A stretch of DNA of 61,428 bases, the filler included, from Sphacelaria rigidula (taxonomy: Eukaryota): NCBI GenBank assembly GCA_964200075.2. It is 6 parts of 6 records of this genome, joined end to end, with 100 filler letters (N's around TTAATTAATTAA, not from the genome) between each part and the next. Parts side by side here need not be neighbours in the genome. Positions count along the whole stretch, not along the records: positions 20,512 to 30,666 come from CAXNAA020007021.1; positions 30,767 to 40,921 come from CAXNAA020007022.1; 4 more parts are not named here. One strand, given 5' to 3'. A model generated the notes under the pieces. The model saw only the letters and a program-made list of their open reading frames with translations. It was not told the origin of the DNA and searched no databases. A program made the position numbers and the translations under genes. Below are positions 24,392-37,800 of the stretch, piece after piece. Numbering within the stretch: position 1 is the first letter of the stretch; the number at the start of each line of letters is the position of its first letter.

Positions 24392-25432
24392 GTGCTATTA
24401 TTGCGCACGGCGAAGGCTGTTGGATGTTGGATGCTGAGAGTTCGCAAGTTCCCCTTCACGAAGCGTTGTGAAATGAGTTGCGGGTCCGACGCGTGTCATC
24501 ACTGGTCATGAGATGACTCGATCGAATATGGGTAGAAAAGTTAGAAGGCATATCCGGTAAGTTCATTTCTTAATAAAAATGCATAACAAAATTGAGCCCA
24601 AAAAAAGCCCACCACCTCCTGACCTCGGGACGAACCCGACATCTCAAGGGATAATCTATTTCAGCCATTTGACCGGTATGACCATATGGGATTTCATCAT
24701 ATGCATGAAGAAATCGGGTCAGTTTTTTCCATGTTTAAAAGGTTCGATTCGAAAGACAAAATGAGTGCCCCCTAGTCTACAGGATATTGCTTCCCGTCGT
24801 GAGATGAGTTCATTTCCAAAACAGTACGAGGTCACGCGGCCGTACTTATTTTTATATTTCTCTTCCAATGGACTAACAAATCTCCCGAGCGGGCAACACA
24901 AGGTTTTGTGTCATGTATTTTAGTCTGAAATGGTTCTACGGGGTAAAGGGCTAGAATAGTGAACCTATTATTTACCTACCCCTGAGCTATCCTTCATTAT
25001 TATGTATGGATCGAGCATGATCAGTGTTTCGAACACGGATCTGAGTTTTGCGAACAAAGAATATGTGCCACTCGAAAATAAACAAACTACAGGAGGAGCC
25101 TAAAGAAGCTCATTTTGCACCTGTTGAACGTCGTGATTCACAACGGCAGCAACACGCACACAGGACGACGACGCTACGGCTATTCGGGACGACAATACAG
25201 CTTGAACGACTGTAGTCCATCACGCACAGCAAACGCACACGACCTCAACACCCACACGTACACATGCTAGTTTAGAAAAGATAGGACCCGCTCGACATAG
25301 GCAACAAGGACTGCCCGCACGAAAAACGGTTTAGATTTTTTTCGAGCACTCTACGCAACGAGCAAGATTCCGGGCACTGCTTTGTGAAACAGCAGTATTG
25401 ACAACAGCAGTAGAACTACTCGCCACCCCACC

Positions 25433-25439
25433 ATGGCAC

Positions 25440-25478
<39 letters not shown>

Positions 25479-25738
25479 GCGAACCTTCGCCATGCAAAAT
25501 ACAAGAAGGCGCCGTCGTATGCGACGGCTCAGTCCTGTGCGGAGATATCACAATCGGGCGTGATACGGTAGTTTTCCCAGGCGCAAGGATTGAATGCCTC
25601 ATTGGTGCGGGGCCCATTGTGATAGGTCAGGGCTGCGTGGTCGAGGAGGGCGCCAGTATCTTGAGCAAGGACGCAGGGGGCGTTGTTGTCGGGGATGGGA
25701 ATCTGTTCGAGGTCGGGTGTACTGTGTGCGCTCAACAG
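25433..25738 (+). CDS. DCTN6: Dynactin subunit 6 (p27), exon 1 (left-handed beta-helix)
   Basis: KIQEGAVVCDGSVLCGDITIGRDTVVFPGARI...GPIVIGQGCVVEEGASI...VGDGNLFEVGCTV hexapeptide pattern typical of p27; donor CAG|GTACGG; later exons not located. Confidence 0.8.
25438..25477 (+). repeat. (GCA)n repeat encoding poly-Ala in the DCTN6 N-terminus
   Basis: About 12 GCA codons directly after MAQ. Confidence 0.95.
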
Positions 25739-27926
25739 GTACGGGGTATAGAAAAAGGCGGACTTTCCTGACTGCTTGCTCCAGTTGCAGTTTTGGGTGC
25801 AGTTGCAGAAACTGTACAGACAGCACAGCAGGTACTGTGCTGTTGTGTTTTGTAGTTCTCTTGATGGCACCAACACGACATTTCGAGATTCAAAAATGAC
25901 CCTTGGGGAGGGTGCAATGCCTGGGCTATTCTATTGCACTCGATGATTTTCTGACATCTTTGGCGTCGGAAAGTACACTGCTATGCTGCTCTGTACTGTG
26001 CTGTCTCCATTCACCATTTCTGACGTGGGAGGAGCAACGGTATTCCGCTCGAGTGGAATCGCTGCGATGCTGTTCGGTGCTTGTGGAAGAAACATGCAAG
26101 GGCAGGTCGAGTGGAGTATACTCAATTGCGGTATATTTGAAAGACGTACTTGAGGTATTCATACCAGGGTAGAGTGCAGGAGTCGTACCCCAAAAATAAC
26201 TGGAAAGCGTTCCCTAAACCCTACCCCCAATTTGTGTACTTTAACCCTTGGACCGCGGTGCGGGCAGTCCATCTGCATCATGCATACTTTTTCGAGTGAA
26301 AATTGATGCTGATTCAGCAGGTGGCCTACCCTCGCGGCCAAGGGGTCAAGTACGACTTCCAAAATAACCCGCAACCGAGTGCACTCTACTCGACCTGCCC
26401 TTGGAAACATGCACCGCTGTGGAGATCTTTGACGAGACTCCCATCAACCGACTGTATACCTCTCATACCATATACTCCGTATACACTACTGATTGTACTG
26501 CTGTTGTGGCGGTTTGTTGCCCCAGGACGTAAAAGGTTGCACTCTGTCAGATAGACTGGGGTTTATTTCGTTGTCGTTCAAGTCATGCTCGCGGTGCGTG
26601 AGCCATGATTTACAGTAGGAGATGGTGCCTTGCAGCGCAAAATCTGTGTTGCGTAGAGAGCAAGTCATGCGAACTCAAGGAACACATACCAAACAGACAA
26701 AAGACAGTGTAGTACGTGTATGTATGGTGAGTGCGCAGGGCAGGTGTAAGGGCCCATTATGCCCATCCACCCAGCGGCATTTCGTTCGCAAACCTTTTGT
26801 GCCGGGTCAAGTTTCCTCGCTCCCGGAAACACCACACATCGCCACATGTGAGGGTTCGGGGGTATCGGCTGCAGTTATTAGTGTCTGTATACAACAGTAC
26901 TTCATGTGAAGGTCGCGGCCGGCATACCCGACATGGTAGCTAGGTCACCACATGGATTAATGGCATCGTTAGCTCCTGCTCGTTCGTGTGTCGCTTCGAC
27001 CTCAGAGTCAGTTCCCCTCAGTCGTCACTAGTACAGTTCAGTAGGCGACCGTGCCTTACCGAACCATATCACGTGACGGGTTTTGTATTTTGGTGTTTGT
27101 CCGTGTGTTGGGTTTGCCCAGAGAGCCAATTCCCCGCAACCAAGTACTACGAAGTACACGGTAGTGCAGTGCAATACAGGAACACTGGACGGGGTTCGCA
27201 GGTCTTTGATTTTAACTGCAATTGACTTCATGCGTGAGTCATGAGATCCATGGGTTCCCTCGAGAGTATCGATACGGATGCGTGCGAATGATCACGATGG
27301 CTTTCCGAACGGTTCGTACTTGGAAATAACGATGCGGTACAACCATAGGAATCTGCTCCGGGATTTTTACTTGTGGCGATGGATCCTCGATTCTTCTCCC
27401 TCTCCCCAGCATCAGGGTCAAGCAAGTGCCACAAGAAAGTCGGGCTTGGGCTTTAGGGGGAGGGGCGATTGTGGGCAACATCAAAACTTGTTGCCAATAA
27501 ATTCAGTTTTGATGCCAGTTGATCATGACTGACTACCGCTCGCTGGGTGTGACTATTGTGCGTGCTGTTCGGTGCTGGCCAAGCTCGGCGTATTTTACAT
27601 AAACGTTATCATACACGTGACATGCGGTGAATGGTCCTGACTGACTTCGGCACAGAAAGTGTATCGTGACCTTTTCGGCCGCTTCAGTCAAAACTGAGCG
27701 ATTGAGCACAATTACACTGAAGATCGTACACTACTCAGCAGGGGAAGACAGGAACAAAAGGTTCAAATGGTGTTTGGCATCGGTTTGTTTAATAAATGCG
27801 GTGGAATAAAGAAGTTCCGTCTTTGTTTTGCTCGTCTTTCCTGCTCCTGCCGGTACAGTACATGAAATACTGTACTGTTGTAGCACACGAAGTGCGTGCT
27901 CGTCCATGTTTTTATAGGAGGTTTAA

Positions 27927-28024
27927 CCCTTAGACCGCGAGGGTAGTCTTCTGTTGAATCGGCATCAATTTCAAGTGAAAAAAAGTGTGAATGGTTCAGA
28001 AAGACTAATCTCGCGGCCTGAGGG
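27927..28024. mobile_element. 98-bp piggyBac-like MITE
   Basis: TTAA on both sides; termini CCCTTAGACCGCGAG / CTCGCGGCCTGAGGG. Confidence 0.88.
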
Positions 28025-28334
28025 TTAAACTCGAGGTTCCCGGTATATTTGACTAAAAGTTGCTGTTGATTACACCAGGGCCTCGAGTTTGAGATATCTC
28101 TACCGTGTGGTTATGCTTGCACTTCGATTCTCGCTGGCAGCTGCCCACATGTATTCCTCCGATGTTGAAAGTGCTTGGTCGATTTTCTCCCGTACCCCGT
28201 ACCGGTTACGTTCCTGGTCCGGTTGCACCAAATGAGCTGATTCATGGTCCGATGCAAACTACCTAGCTATAAGTAAGTAAACGAAGGTTGCATGTTGCGC
28301 GATAGATCCCCGGCCATGAAACGAGATACGCGTG

Positions 28335-28654
28335 CGCGAGTCGGTCGCCGGAGTTGATGATCGACTCACATGCTCGGTTGTTGTTAAGTTGAACCCCAAC
28401 AAAATAACCCTCGACTTGAACCCTGACCCAAGACGTGAAGAGATCTCGCGGGGAAGGGCACATGCAACGTGTGCCGCAAGTAACTTTGCATTTACAGAGT
28501 TTAAATCGGCGCCGGTTCGAGTCAACACACGTCCTTTGCGCTGCGGAGGGTCCGAGGACTGCCATTGTATCAACCCCCAGCAGATTCGAATGTTGCAGTC
28601 CACCCGGGAGACCGAGTACTCTTTCGACGATTAATTTCGGCGACCAACTCGCGT
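28335..28654. mobile_element. ~320-bp inverted-repeat element
   Basis: cgcgagtcggtcgccggagttgatgatcga and tcgacgattaatttcggcgaccaactcgcg are imperfect inverted repeats. Confidence 0.55.
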
Positions 28655-30499
28655 GAAACTAACACACTGCCATACGCCCAGATTCAGCTGTACTTCATTC
28701 CCCGCGCTTTCGCGCAACCCTCACTCCTTTTCACCACGGAGACTTTGGAACCTTTGATCGTATTGAACTCTAATCATACGAGCAGCGGCATCGATACGCG
28801 AGAAGTTGTGCTTTGACATACACATAGTACGTGAAGTAAAACTAACCTCTATCTAGTCCGTAGCCGGTCAAAGGCCCACGTGCCCATCATGGCTGCCAAA
28901 GGTCATCATGAGTAACCCTTTGATCGCCAGGGTGGGGGAATCACTTTTCGAGTGAAGACGATGCCGATCCAACCGATTACCTTTCTCGGTGATGAAAGGG
29001 TTGACTTCGATTGCCAGGGCGGGTGATCGGTGTTGAATGCGCATCATTTCCACTTGAATTATGACTGTAAGACCAAGACGACTCAGGGGTTTGTTCACCA
29101 AGTGGTAGGTGTCGGGAATTTCTCGGAAATTAATGATTTCGAATAGCACTAGCCCGAACCCTAACACCAACCCCAACGAAGGCATACCGAGTACTCTCGG
29201 GCGAGGGGGGTGGAAAGTGTGTCCTGGGCAAAGTGTGAGTTTCCGCACCTCAAATCGGCGCTCCAGGCGTCAATGTAGACGAAATCGCGTTCTGCGTACG
29301 CTAGGAGCACGCCAGGAGCACAGCACTTCCATTGAAGATCCGGATTTACACCTCACCAAAATCCGATACCTACCAAGCGGTAAATTCCACTGCATGACTG
29401 GAGGAATCAAACTCACGCGGCCGGTGAAGGGGTTGACGCTTCGACTCGGTTTTCATTTTCACAGAAATAACTATACAAAGAAGGTGTTTCGTCTGTGGGC
29501 TCTTGAAGGATTAACCGTTTGGCGTCGAGGTTGGGTCATCAATTGAATTGGCATCATTTCCACCTGTGAAATATGCCCGAGGCCCAGATCAACCCAAGCA
29601 AGCCGGTGGTCAAAGGGTTTCCCCCTTTTTTACGCCCCCTGATGAATAAGCACAACTTTCACTTTATGGGGTGACGGCCGGAGATGCCTTTGTCCGTTTG
29701 CCAACGTTCACAGGATTGATTGCCTAACTTCACTCCTACATACTGTAGCACTGAGCACGCGTACTTTTTCCACTCATTCTCATGAGGAAAAAACAAGCCG
29801 AAGTCTATCGTGACTGGATTTACATTGCACTGGTGGACGCTCCTGGGGTAATAACCTTGTCGCCAGATGGAATGTCTACTATAGTTCTTGATTGAGAGTG
29901 ACGACCAGGGCTGAAAAGTCGCAGAGGCTCCGTCTGCACAAGCGCAGACGACAACCGGAGGTCGCCGCCGGCGTAGGACCCCCCTCCGCGCAGGGGCTGC
30001 CCGAGGCCGAAAATTTAGGATTTCCACGTCAACATATGCAAAGAAAAATCTCACGAGGCATTCCCCATTTTTTTCGCCTGCCGACGAAAACACTCCTCGC
30101 ATGATTGTTTTCGCTTCGACCAAAAAATCTTCGCTGGCGCAGATACGCAGACGACGTTTTTATCCCTGGTGAGAACCCGTAAAAACAGGAATCCCAGTCC
30201 ATTCATCCACTGATGTTTCTGGGGTAATACTTTGCCCAGCCAGTCGAGAAGCGGCTAGAATGAAAGCGCTCTAGCCGTGGGATGAATCCAATGTATATTG
30301 TCCACACATCGGACAAAATGATCAATATATGCAATAAATGTAAAATGTACTGGGCAAAATATACGTCTTCTGCATCTATTGACCGACAACAGAGTAGTTG
30401 CGATAGGCCTATACTTTACTCAGCACATTTTTCGTCTGTTGCATGTGCTGACCACATACTGTCCAGGGTGTGATATTTTTTTGGCATTGGCCTCGTCAA

Positions 30500-30666
30500 T
30501 CAGCAGAAACCTTGCACGGTTAGGACGAATCATGGCGGGTTTGAATCACCAAATCCACGATTTCTTCGGCCGGATTGCCCAAAAGGAGGGAAAAAATTGA
30601 CCGCTGATTGAAGGGGTATCCACGCAACTTTTGCGCCATTCCACGTGTCTGGGCTACGTGTACCTG
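30500..30666. repeat. Dispersed repeat; inverted homologue at ~55087-55245
   Basis: ggggtatccacgcaacttttgcgccattccacgtgtctg versus cagacatgtggaatggcacaaaagttgcgtggatacccc. Confidence 0.8.
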
Positions 30667-31870
30667 NNNNNNNNNNNNNNNNNNNNNNNNNNNNNNNNNN
30701 NNNNNNNNNNTTAATTAATTAANNNNNNNNNNNNNNNNNNNNNNNNNNNNNNNNNNNNNNNNNNNNCGCTCGAAGACTTATTTTTTATTATTCCACCAAC
30801 ACAGGGTCAACCCTGTGTTAGTGGGGGTCCGGTCCCAAAAGGGTTGATACGATATGCGGATCACAGCCCAACTCGCCTGTGTCGTTGATATATCGCTTTG
30901 AGAGCTTAAATCCTTTTTTAGGCTGGCCCAGCTCATACTCGTACATCGTTTTTTTCACGCATACATGCCAGCTTCTCGCTCGCTTGAGCTCTACAGTGAC
31001 TTCGTCCACCTCCTCGCACGAGACTTTGGCTTGAAAACCTGGTTCGTCCCACTACTCTCATCCCCATCCGTTATCCCGTGCGGAGACATGGAGGGGTACT
31101 ATGCAGTTTTGTCCATGTCCTGTCCACAACGGAAAGAGACTGTGATGGGATGCAGGTGATCGCACCAATCAATACATATTGATACTGGGATACGTGCTGC
31201 CGGTGCTGCCGACCTGGGTAGCGGGGAACAATTTCGATAAAACCTGGATTTGCCCCCCGAAAAGGAATGAGGGAATGGGGGTGCTAAAGTGCCTTGTTGC
31301 ATCCGTTAATGCACTCGAGTCAACCCCCTGCTTGCACGTTTTGCAGCCGCTAGCGAAGAAAATCCTGGGCTTTTCTGGCAGCAGTGGCAGTGGACAACAA
31401 TCGGCGGTGCCGGAGCTAGATGCTATGTTGTCCAAGTCGAGGAAACTGACGGTGGGTGCTCGGGACGAAGTAGACCATTACACAAAAAAACGACCACAAT
31501 ATCGCCAAGAATGCCTGCCCGGTGAAAAATCATTGACTGTTCGCCAACCTCATGCTTGCCCGACCGTTGATAAACGTCATTGTTGCACATCCACGTTATC
31601 GTATGGATCGACCCGTGGACACAAGATAGACGTGCCCACGGTGAACGAACGGAGACACTGGCTACGGTAAACTTGAGGGAACAGAGTAAAGGAGAACAAA
31701 AGAAGGGGATGGAGAGGCTTAACAGAGCAGAAGAGGGAGAAGTGAAAAGGTAGAAAGAAAACGGGCTGAATATCCATCTACAGTAGTACTGATGCCGGGA
31801 ACAAAACAACGGTAGGCCCTTGCCGCATTGAATCAGAGCAGACCGTACATGAGAAGTGATGGATAAATAG

Positions 31871-34800
31871 CGCTTTGAGCGAGACGGACCCTCTTGTCAA
31901 TGATTTCCATATTCTCGATTCCTCGCGGGATGTTGTTGCTGCTGCTGCTGTTATTATGGTAACGGTCGCGGCTTTCAATGCAACAGCCTTTTGCTGGTGG
32001 CAGGTCGGATTAGTGTCGGCCGTCGCGTGGAGACGCATCATTGAATGTTTCAAGGATGTTGTTTCAAGATGTTCTCCGTAGGGTACATTTCTTTATATAC
32101 CCGAGGTTTTTACCCGGAATCACCCGTATCCCGACAGTTCTGGATGTTCTGTAAGCCTCACATGCCGATACTTGACAGTTCTGTGGGTTCTGTAAGCTCC
32201 CATACCGCTACGTAATAGTTTTGTGAGATCTGCACGAATCTTTTGCCCTTACTCGGGTCACCGTTACCCCCTTGTAGAAATATCCGGTTGCGGGTAAGGG
32301 TGTCTGTACAACCTCCACCCTCTATCCGACAGGTTCTGTAAGTTCTGTAAAAAATCTCATACCCTACGAGCTGGTCCAGCCTAGACGCGAGTTTGCAGTT
32401 TGCGTGCCCCACCTCACCTCAATGTTGAGAGGTAATACTTTCGAACTTGCTCCGGAGAATGATAAGGCATAGCGGAAGAAAAAATTCGGGACCCTGACTT
32501 TTCTTTTCAATAGGTTAACGCCATTTTACCGAAAACTGGATACTGATTATGGGCTTTGAGTCCAACTCTCAACATGAGGGCGGGGCGGGGTGATTTTGAC
32601 ACTGGGCCGGTCGAAATTCAGAATAGTATTTTGCAGGCCATTTTACCGGCCCAGGTTTGGTACTTGTGTTTTGAAATTTTATTTGGGACCTCGCTGGGAT
32701 ATAATTAACCAGATAAAATGGAACAGGTTGATTTTATTCGAGAGTTTAGGACGTTTTATTGAACACCATATTTCCACAAAAACGCCTATACCTCTCCAAA
32801 ACTAGAAAATTAACGTGTATTTTTTTTCCCCACTATGCCTTTTCGATTTTGTATGCTAAGTTTCACATCACAATTCAGAAATTGAGCTGAAAAACTGAGA
32901 TGAGGGCCAAGAACTATGTCCATTTTTACTTCAAATGCCCCTATAAAACGGACGAGGAAAAAATCAGCTTGAAAGACAAACCAGAAGCTGATTTTTTTTG
33001 TTATACCCCGACTATTCACCACACCAAATTTCAAAGCACCACTCTCAGAAACTGAAACGCTTGATCAAGATTTGGTGCATTTGATGCCTCTGCTCGTAAT
33101 ATATTGGTTGTAGTACAGAATTTTGTGTGCGCCATATCTCGAGAGAGATAACGAATGAGGTGAAGGTGAGGGTATCGATCATTGCCTCGTGCTCCAGAGA
33201 ATGTCCACAACACACACCGTCATTATCCGCTGCATATATCGTTCGGGGTTTCATATAGACTTTAGTATGAACCCTATCTCCGAACTGTATAGGAATTACT
33301 AGACATGATGTTTGATGAACGAGGGAAAAAATTGGCCAGACTTGCGAGCAGATGAGCATCGTCCCCTTGGTTCGACGATTGATACGGTATGCGGAATAAC
33401 GGCCCAACTCGTCCGTGTTGATGAGATATTGCTTCGAGAGCCTGAACCCTTTTCTAGGCTCGACCAGCTCGTACCAAAACTATATCGTACCCTGCAGAAC
33501 ACAACCCTGACATTTCCTCTTCAACCGTCCTCCGGGGAACCCTGGGGGGAGAACAACCCCAAATCCGAACCCAAACCAAACAATGCACAAAAACTATGAT
33601 ATATCGAAGCATGATTTCGGAATATTTTCAGTTCATGTTGTTCTGCATGGTATGATTTTTGGTATTCCCGGAGTATTTACCCGGGTATCAAACGTACACG
33701 ACAGGTTCCGTGAGTTCTGCAGGCCTCCCCTTCCATTCCCGATAGTTCCTTACGATCTGTAAGGAAATGTTCATCCCTACCCGGGGCACGGGTATGCCCT
33801 TGTAGAAATACCCGGTTGCGGGTAAGGGTTTGCGTACAATCCCCATACCGTACCCGACAGGATTTTGTAAGTTGTGGAAGACCTTGATATCGGTACCCGA
33901 AAGTTCTGTAAGTTCTGCCAGAAATCTCATGCCTTACCGAACATATCCGTATCCTACATTACACAACCTTGAAAATAATTTGTCTTACTGCGGGAGCATA
34001 ATGCACAACGAGAAAAAGTTTGTATAGCGTCCATCCGCCTCAACAGACGTGGGCACCAATCGACGCATCTGCAGTCCAGGGGGTGACCTGGGAGCGTTGG
34101 CTCGTGTGCGTTGCCCATGCAGCCTCACAGGGTGTTTGTATTCGAAATGGCTGACCTCATCTTGGTAATGTTCGTTTCCCGTCCATGGTATGTGCTGTGT
34201 GTGTTTCGAAATGGAACGTGTGCTATGTTCGCGCAGTTCAGGCAGTGTGGGCATAAATACTGCACTGCGATGTGCCTCCAACCCTTGCGCATAGTCCACA
34301 AATGTAATTTCTATCCATTCATCCTGAGACCGTCGGTAGATCCGTTGTGCATGCTGTGGGTGTAGTGGATGTTGTGGATGTTGCATACCCCGGACAAAGG
34401 AATACACAGCCAAAAAGTGTACTGTGTATAGTATTGACTATTGCGCATATTGCACGAGACAATGGATTACATACTGTACGCAGTACATTTTTTGTCAATG
34501 GAATTTATTGTCCAGGGTGCGGTGTGTTTTGTATGACTTGATGGCAGGCAAGGCAAACAATCGATCGAGCGATGAACCAACCAACCACGAGGTGTCTGTA
34601 ATGATATAGCGGATAAGTATCTGATCCCAGTCATGCTACGGTGTGGAAAAAGAAGAGGCGGGGGAAGGGGGAAGGGGTCGATTTTACGTCACAAACGGGG
34701 TCCTGCGTGTGTTGGAGGACCTCATACACACGTCACGGGCTTGGGCACAGGTGAAGGCATTGCCGAGAAGCGGGAGTATGTGCGTTGTGTCGACATACCG

Positions 34801-37800
34801 AGAACCTTCAAAGGAAACCTGCTGCTTGCAGCGATGCTGTGGGGTTAAGGTGGTTCCCTTTGTCTTTGATGTAAGGCGTGAATCATGTCACACACTCGAA
34901 CACACATGCATGCCCTTATTGGAGGATGAGTCATACCGCTCTTGCTTTATTGAAGGCCGTACGTGTTGGCGGATGTGATAGTGCCACTGTTTCATACGAA
35001 AAACTCTGGCCATGTTCCTGTCTGCACGTACCATGTAACCAGCCACGTGCACGATGCAATTCTGTTTCATCTGGTTTGATTCGATTGATTGATTGTCGCA
35101 CACTAGTGTAACTGATCCACGAGGGAGTCAGCCATCATTGTAGAAGTAGAGATGTACCTGAGTCGAGATGAACAAAACCAGAAGCACACGCTCAAGGAAA
35201 CTCGAAGAGGCAGGAAAACGAAGAATTGATGACAAAACAAATTGTGTAGATTGGACAAAAAGGAGAGACAAAACACTCAAAAGGCGTAGTCGAAAAACTT
35301 CGTTTCCGTCTTCGCAGAAAATGTGCACCAACGGTGATCGTGATGATGAAGACGGCGACGACTGAGATGACTCGAATTTGCCCAGCATCTCTCAGCCTTT
35401 CTCATCTTGCCAGTATCGCTCCTTCTCCCGCTTTTCTTATGTTGTTGTGTCCGCAGGAGCCGGAGATTGCAAGGGCGGTGAACAGCACCGGCATGTCACG
35501 GGAGCAAGTGCGGGATTACATTCGGGCAAAACTAGAAGTGTCCTTGCAGGAGAAACAGATTGGTAAATTCAAAGAGGTAATGAACCACTGGAATGAAGCA
35601 ATTTCAATCTCTCCTCTGCCCCGGCGTAGGTGATGTTAATCTTGATAGTACGGAGTACCACCTAGCGCGGCTGCGAGCAGCAGTCCTGCACTGATGTGGG
35701 ATTGTGCACTTACTGATGTCCTGCTTATCCACTACAATGGAAACGTGCTCCTCTCACGGCTTAGCCGGGCGTGGAGAATGACGCCAAATTGGTGCCGAAC
35801 GAGTAAACAAAACGGAACGCACCATGACGAAACGACCAGAAAATAATGTCGTCGACATTTTTTTGTGCCGAGATCCGAAATCCGATATTTTTTAGGTACG
35901 TGATCTTAGAGGGGTATCCCACATGTACCGTTTTCCGCGCCTGTGCGCACAGCTATCACAGTTGGGCCAAGAAGTAAGAACTAACCCTTACGACCACGAC
36001 CGAGCCCGTGAAGGGCATGTGAGCTGCGGAGGATATCCCTACAGTCTGGGCCTCCCGCTTTACGGCGATGGATAAGTAGTGCAAGCAAAAAATTGACCGC
36101 CTTCCGAGGTGGGACTCAGCGTTGACGCGAATTAGAGTAGTGGGCAGTCTAACTATTCAGGGGTGCTTTGAGGTTTTCCTCGGGTACTACTCTTCGATAG
36201 GATTCGAAATTGCTAGCGTCGGTAGATTTTGGTACAATAAACAGATCATCCTCGAAACACAGTGCCCAAGTCAGTGTTGGTTGGTGTTATCGGGTGATAC
36301 GAGCAAATACCCCGTTCATCAGGAGGGTGTTATTGACCGTGAAACCCAGTTTTTCGGCTCTAGTGCAATGAGTAGGTAGAATTTCAAAAAATAAAAGTGT
36401 ACACTTCTTCACAAATATGATCGGGACAGGCTCGATCGACCGAAAATACCGGAGAGTAAGAATCTGGGCTGAAACCTGGCAGGACCCCCGATGACCAGTC
36501 AGCCCGTGGGTCACTCAATATTGACTACACATGATTTTTTTCTTGGAATGTGGAGCGGATAAAAATATCTTCAGATCTCCAATAAGGTGAGCTGTAGCAA
36601 GCAAAAAAAGCCCAAGAAAATCGCCAAATACGAAAAAATCACAAAATGCCACATGATTAGTTGGACCGTCCACTACTGTACGTCCCATCTATCGGAGGAG
36701 TAATGATCCAGGGTGCGGCCCAGCATAAAAAAGAACCGAGTCAACGTGAGTCGACCCGCTGTACTGTAAGCCGGTCGCCCGGGTGGCTCGGGTGGTAACC
36801 TCGAAAACCTTCTGACGGTTGGGCCGTGGGTTCAAATCTCGGTGCAGTCACACAATCTCGGTTTTTTTCTCACATAATGCCCAACAGTGGAGAGCGACTA
36901 TGTCGTGGGTACACAAAATTCGACTCAATGATCGACGAGGGAAAAGGACTGCTGAAGCACTCTCGCGATAAAAAATAATATAGGCTAGCATCGCAGAAGA
37001 AAGGTGGAGAACTAAAAACAAACGAAAAAAGAAGAAACTTCTATGTTGGCCTTCCTCCTGCGTCACCCCGGCTGGTGCGCCCACATATACCGAAAGGTGT
37101 AGGCAGGCGTCCAGAATAGACGGGACGACAACTGTACATGCATATACGGTACATACTGTAAGTAAACTATCTTGTTGTGCTTTTTGCGTCCGAGATATTC
37201 ACGATCCAACGACCAACGCCTAGAAAACGACCAAATGATTGCTTTTGCTGCGGGCTATCACGTTGAGTCTATTAAGCTCCCGACGGTCCTCTCAGGTGAG
37301 CATCATCTCTCCGTTTTTTTCGGTGGTTTCGTCTCCCTGCACCGAATTATTTGCACGTGTTTTACTTGTGCACCTTGGAACGTTTTACCGTTCTCTCAAG
37401 TGCTGCATTGCTTCTCGCTAGACGTTATATGTTTTGTATATACCGCATCTAGCACACTGCAATATGGCATGTTCGCTAAATAACAGCCTCACCCTGAATA
37501 GTACCAGATGGGGACAGGTTTGCGCTGTTCGTGGCACCATATCGATATCTGAACTAGTGCACCGCGGATTATCATATACTGCATTCCCCCCACTCCACCC
37601 CACCCCCTGAGAAGTTGTCCGTCCCAGCTTGGTAGAGATGCGAAGTCACTGATCATGTAGCTACTGATACGGCATGCAAAATCATGAGTACACCTTCCCA
37701 TCCCCTGAACAAAGCCTATGTGTAATGATTTTGGGACCTTGAAAATGTGTCACCCGTACGTGTGATAAAGCAGCGAAATACAGTATGGAGCACATATTCC

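Noticed and set aside
30965-31670. ORFs upstream of the CerS TM1 exon (possible extra 5' exon ending near 31155)
   Set aside because: A phase-compatible donor exists but there is no recognisable homology; unsupported
34189-34300. RING-finger-like CCVC...CGHKYC pattern in a CerS intron
   Set aside because: Requires frameshifts, lacks the final CxxC and has no splice context
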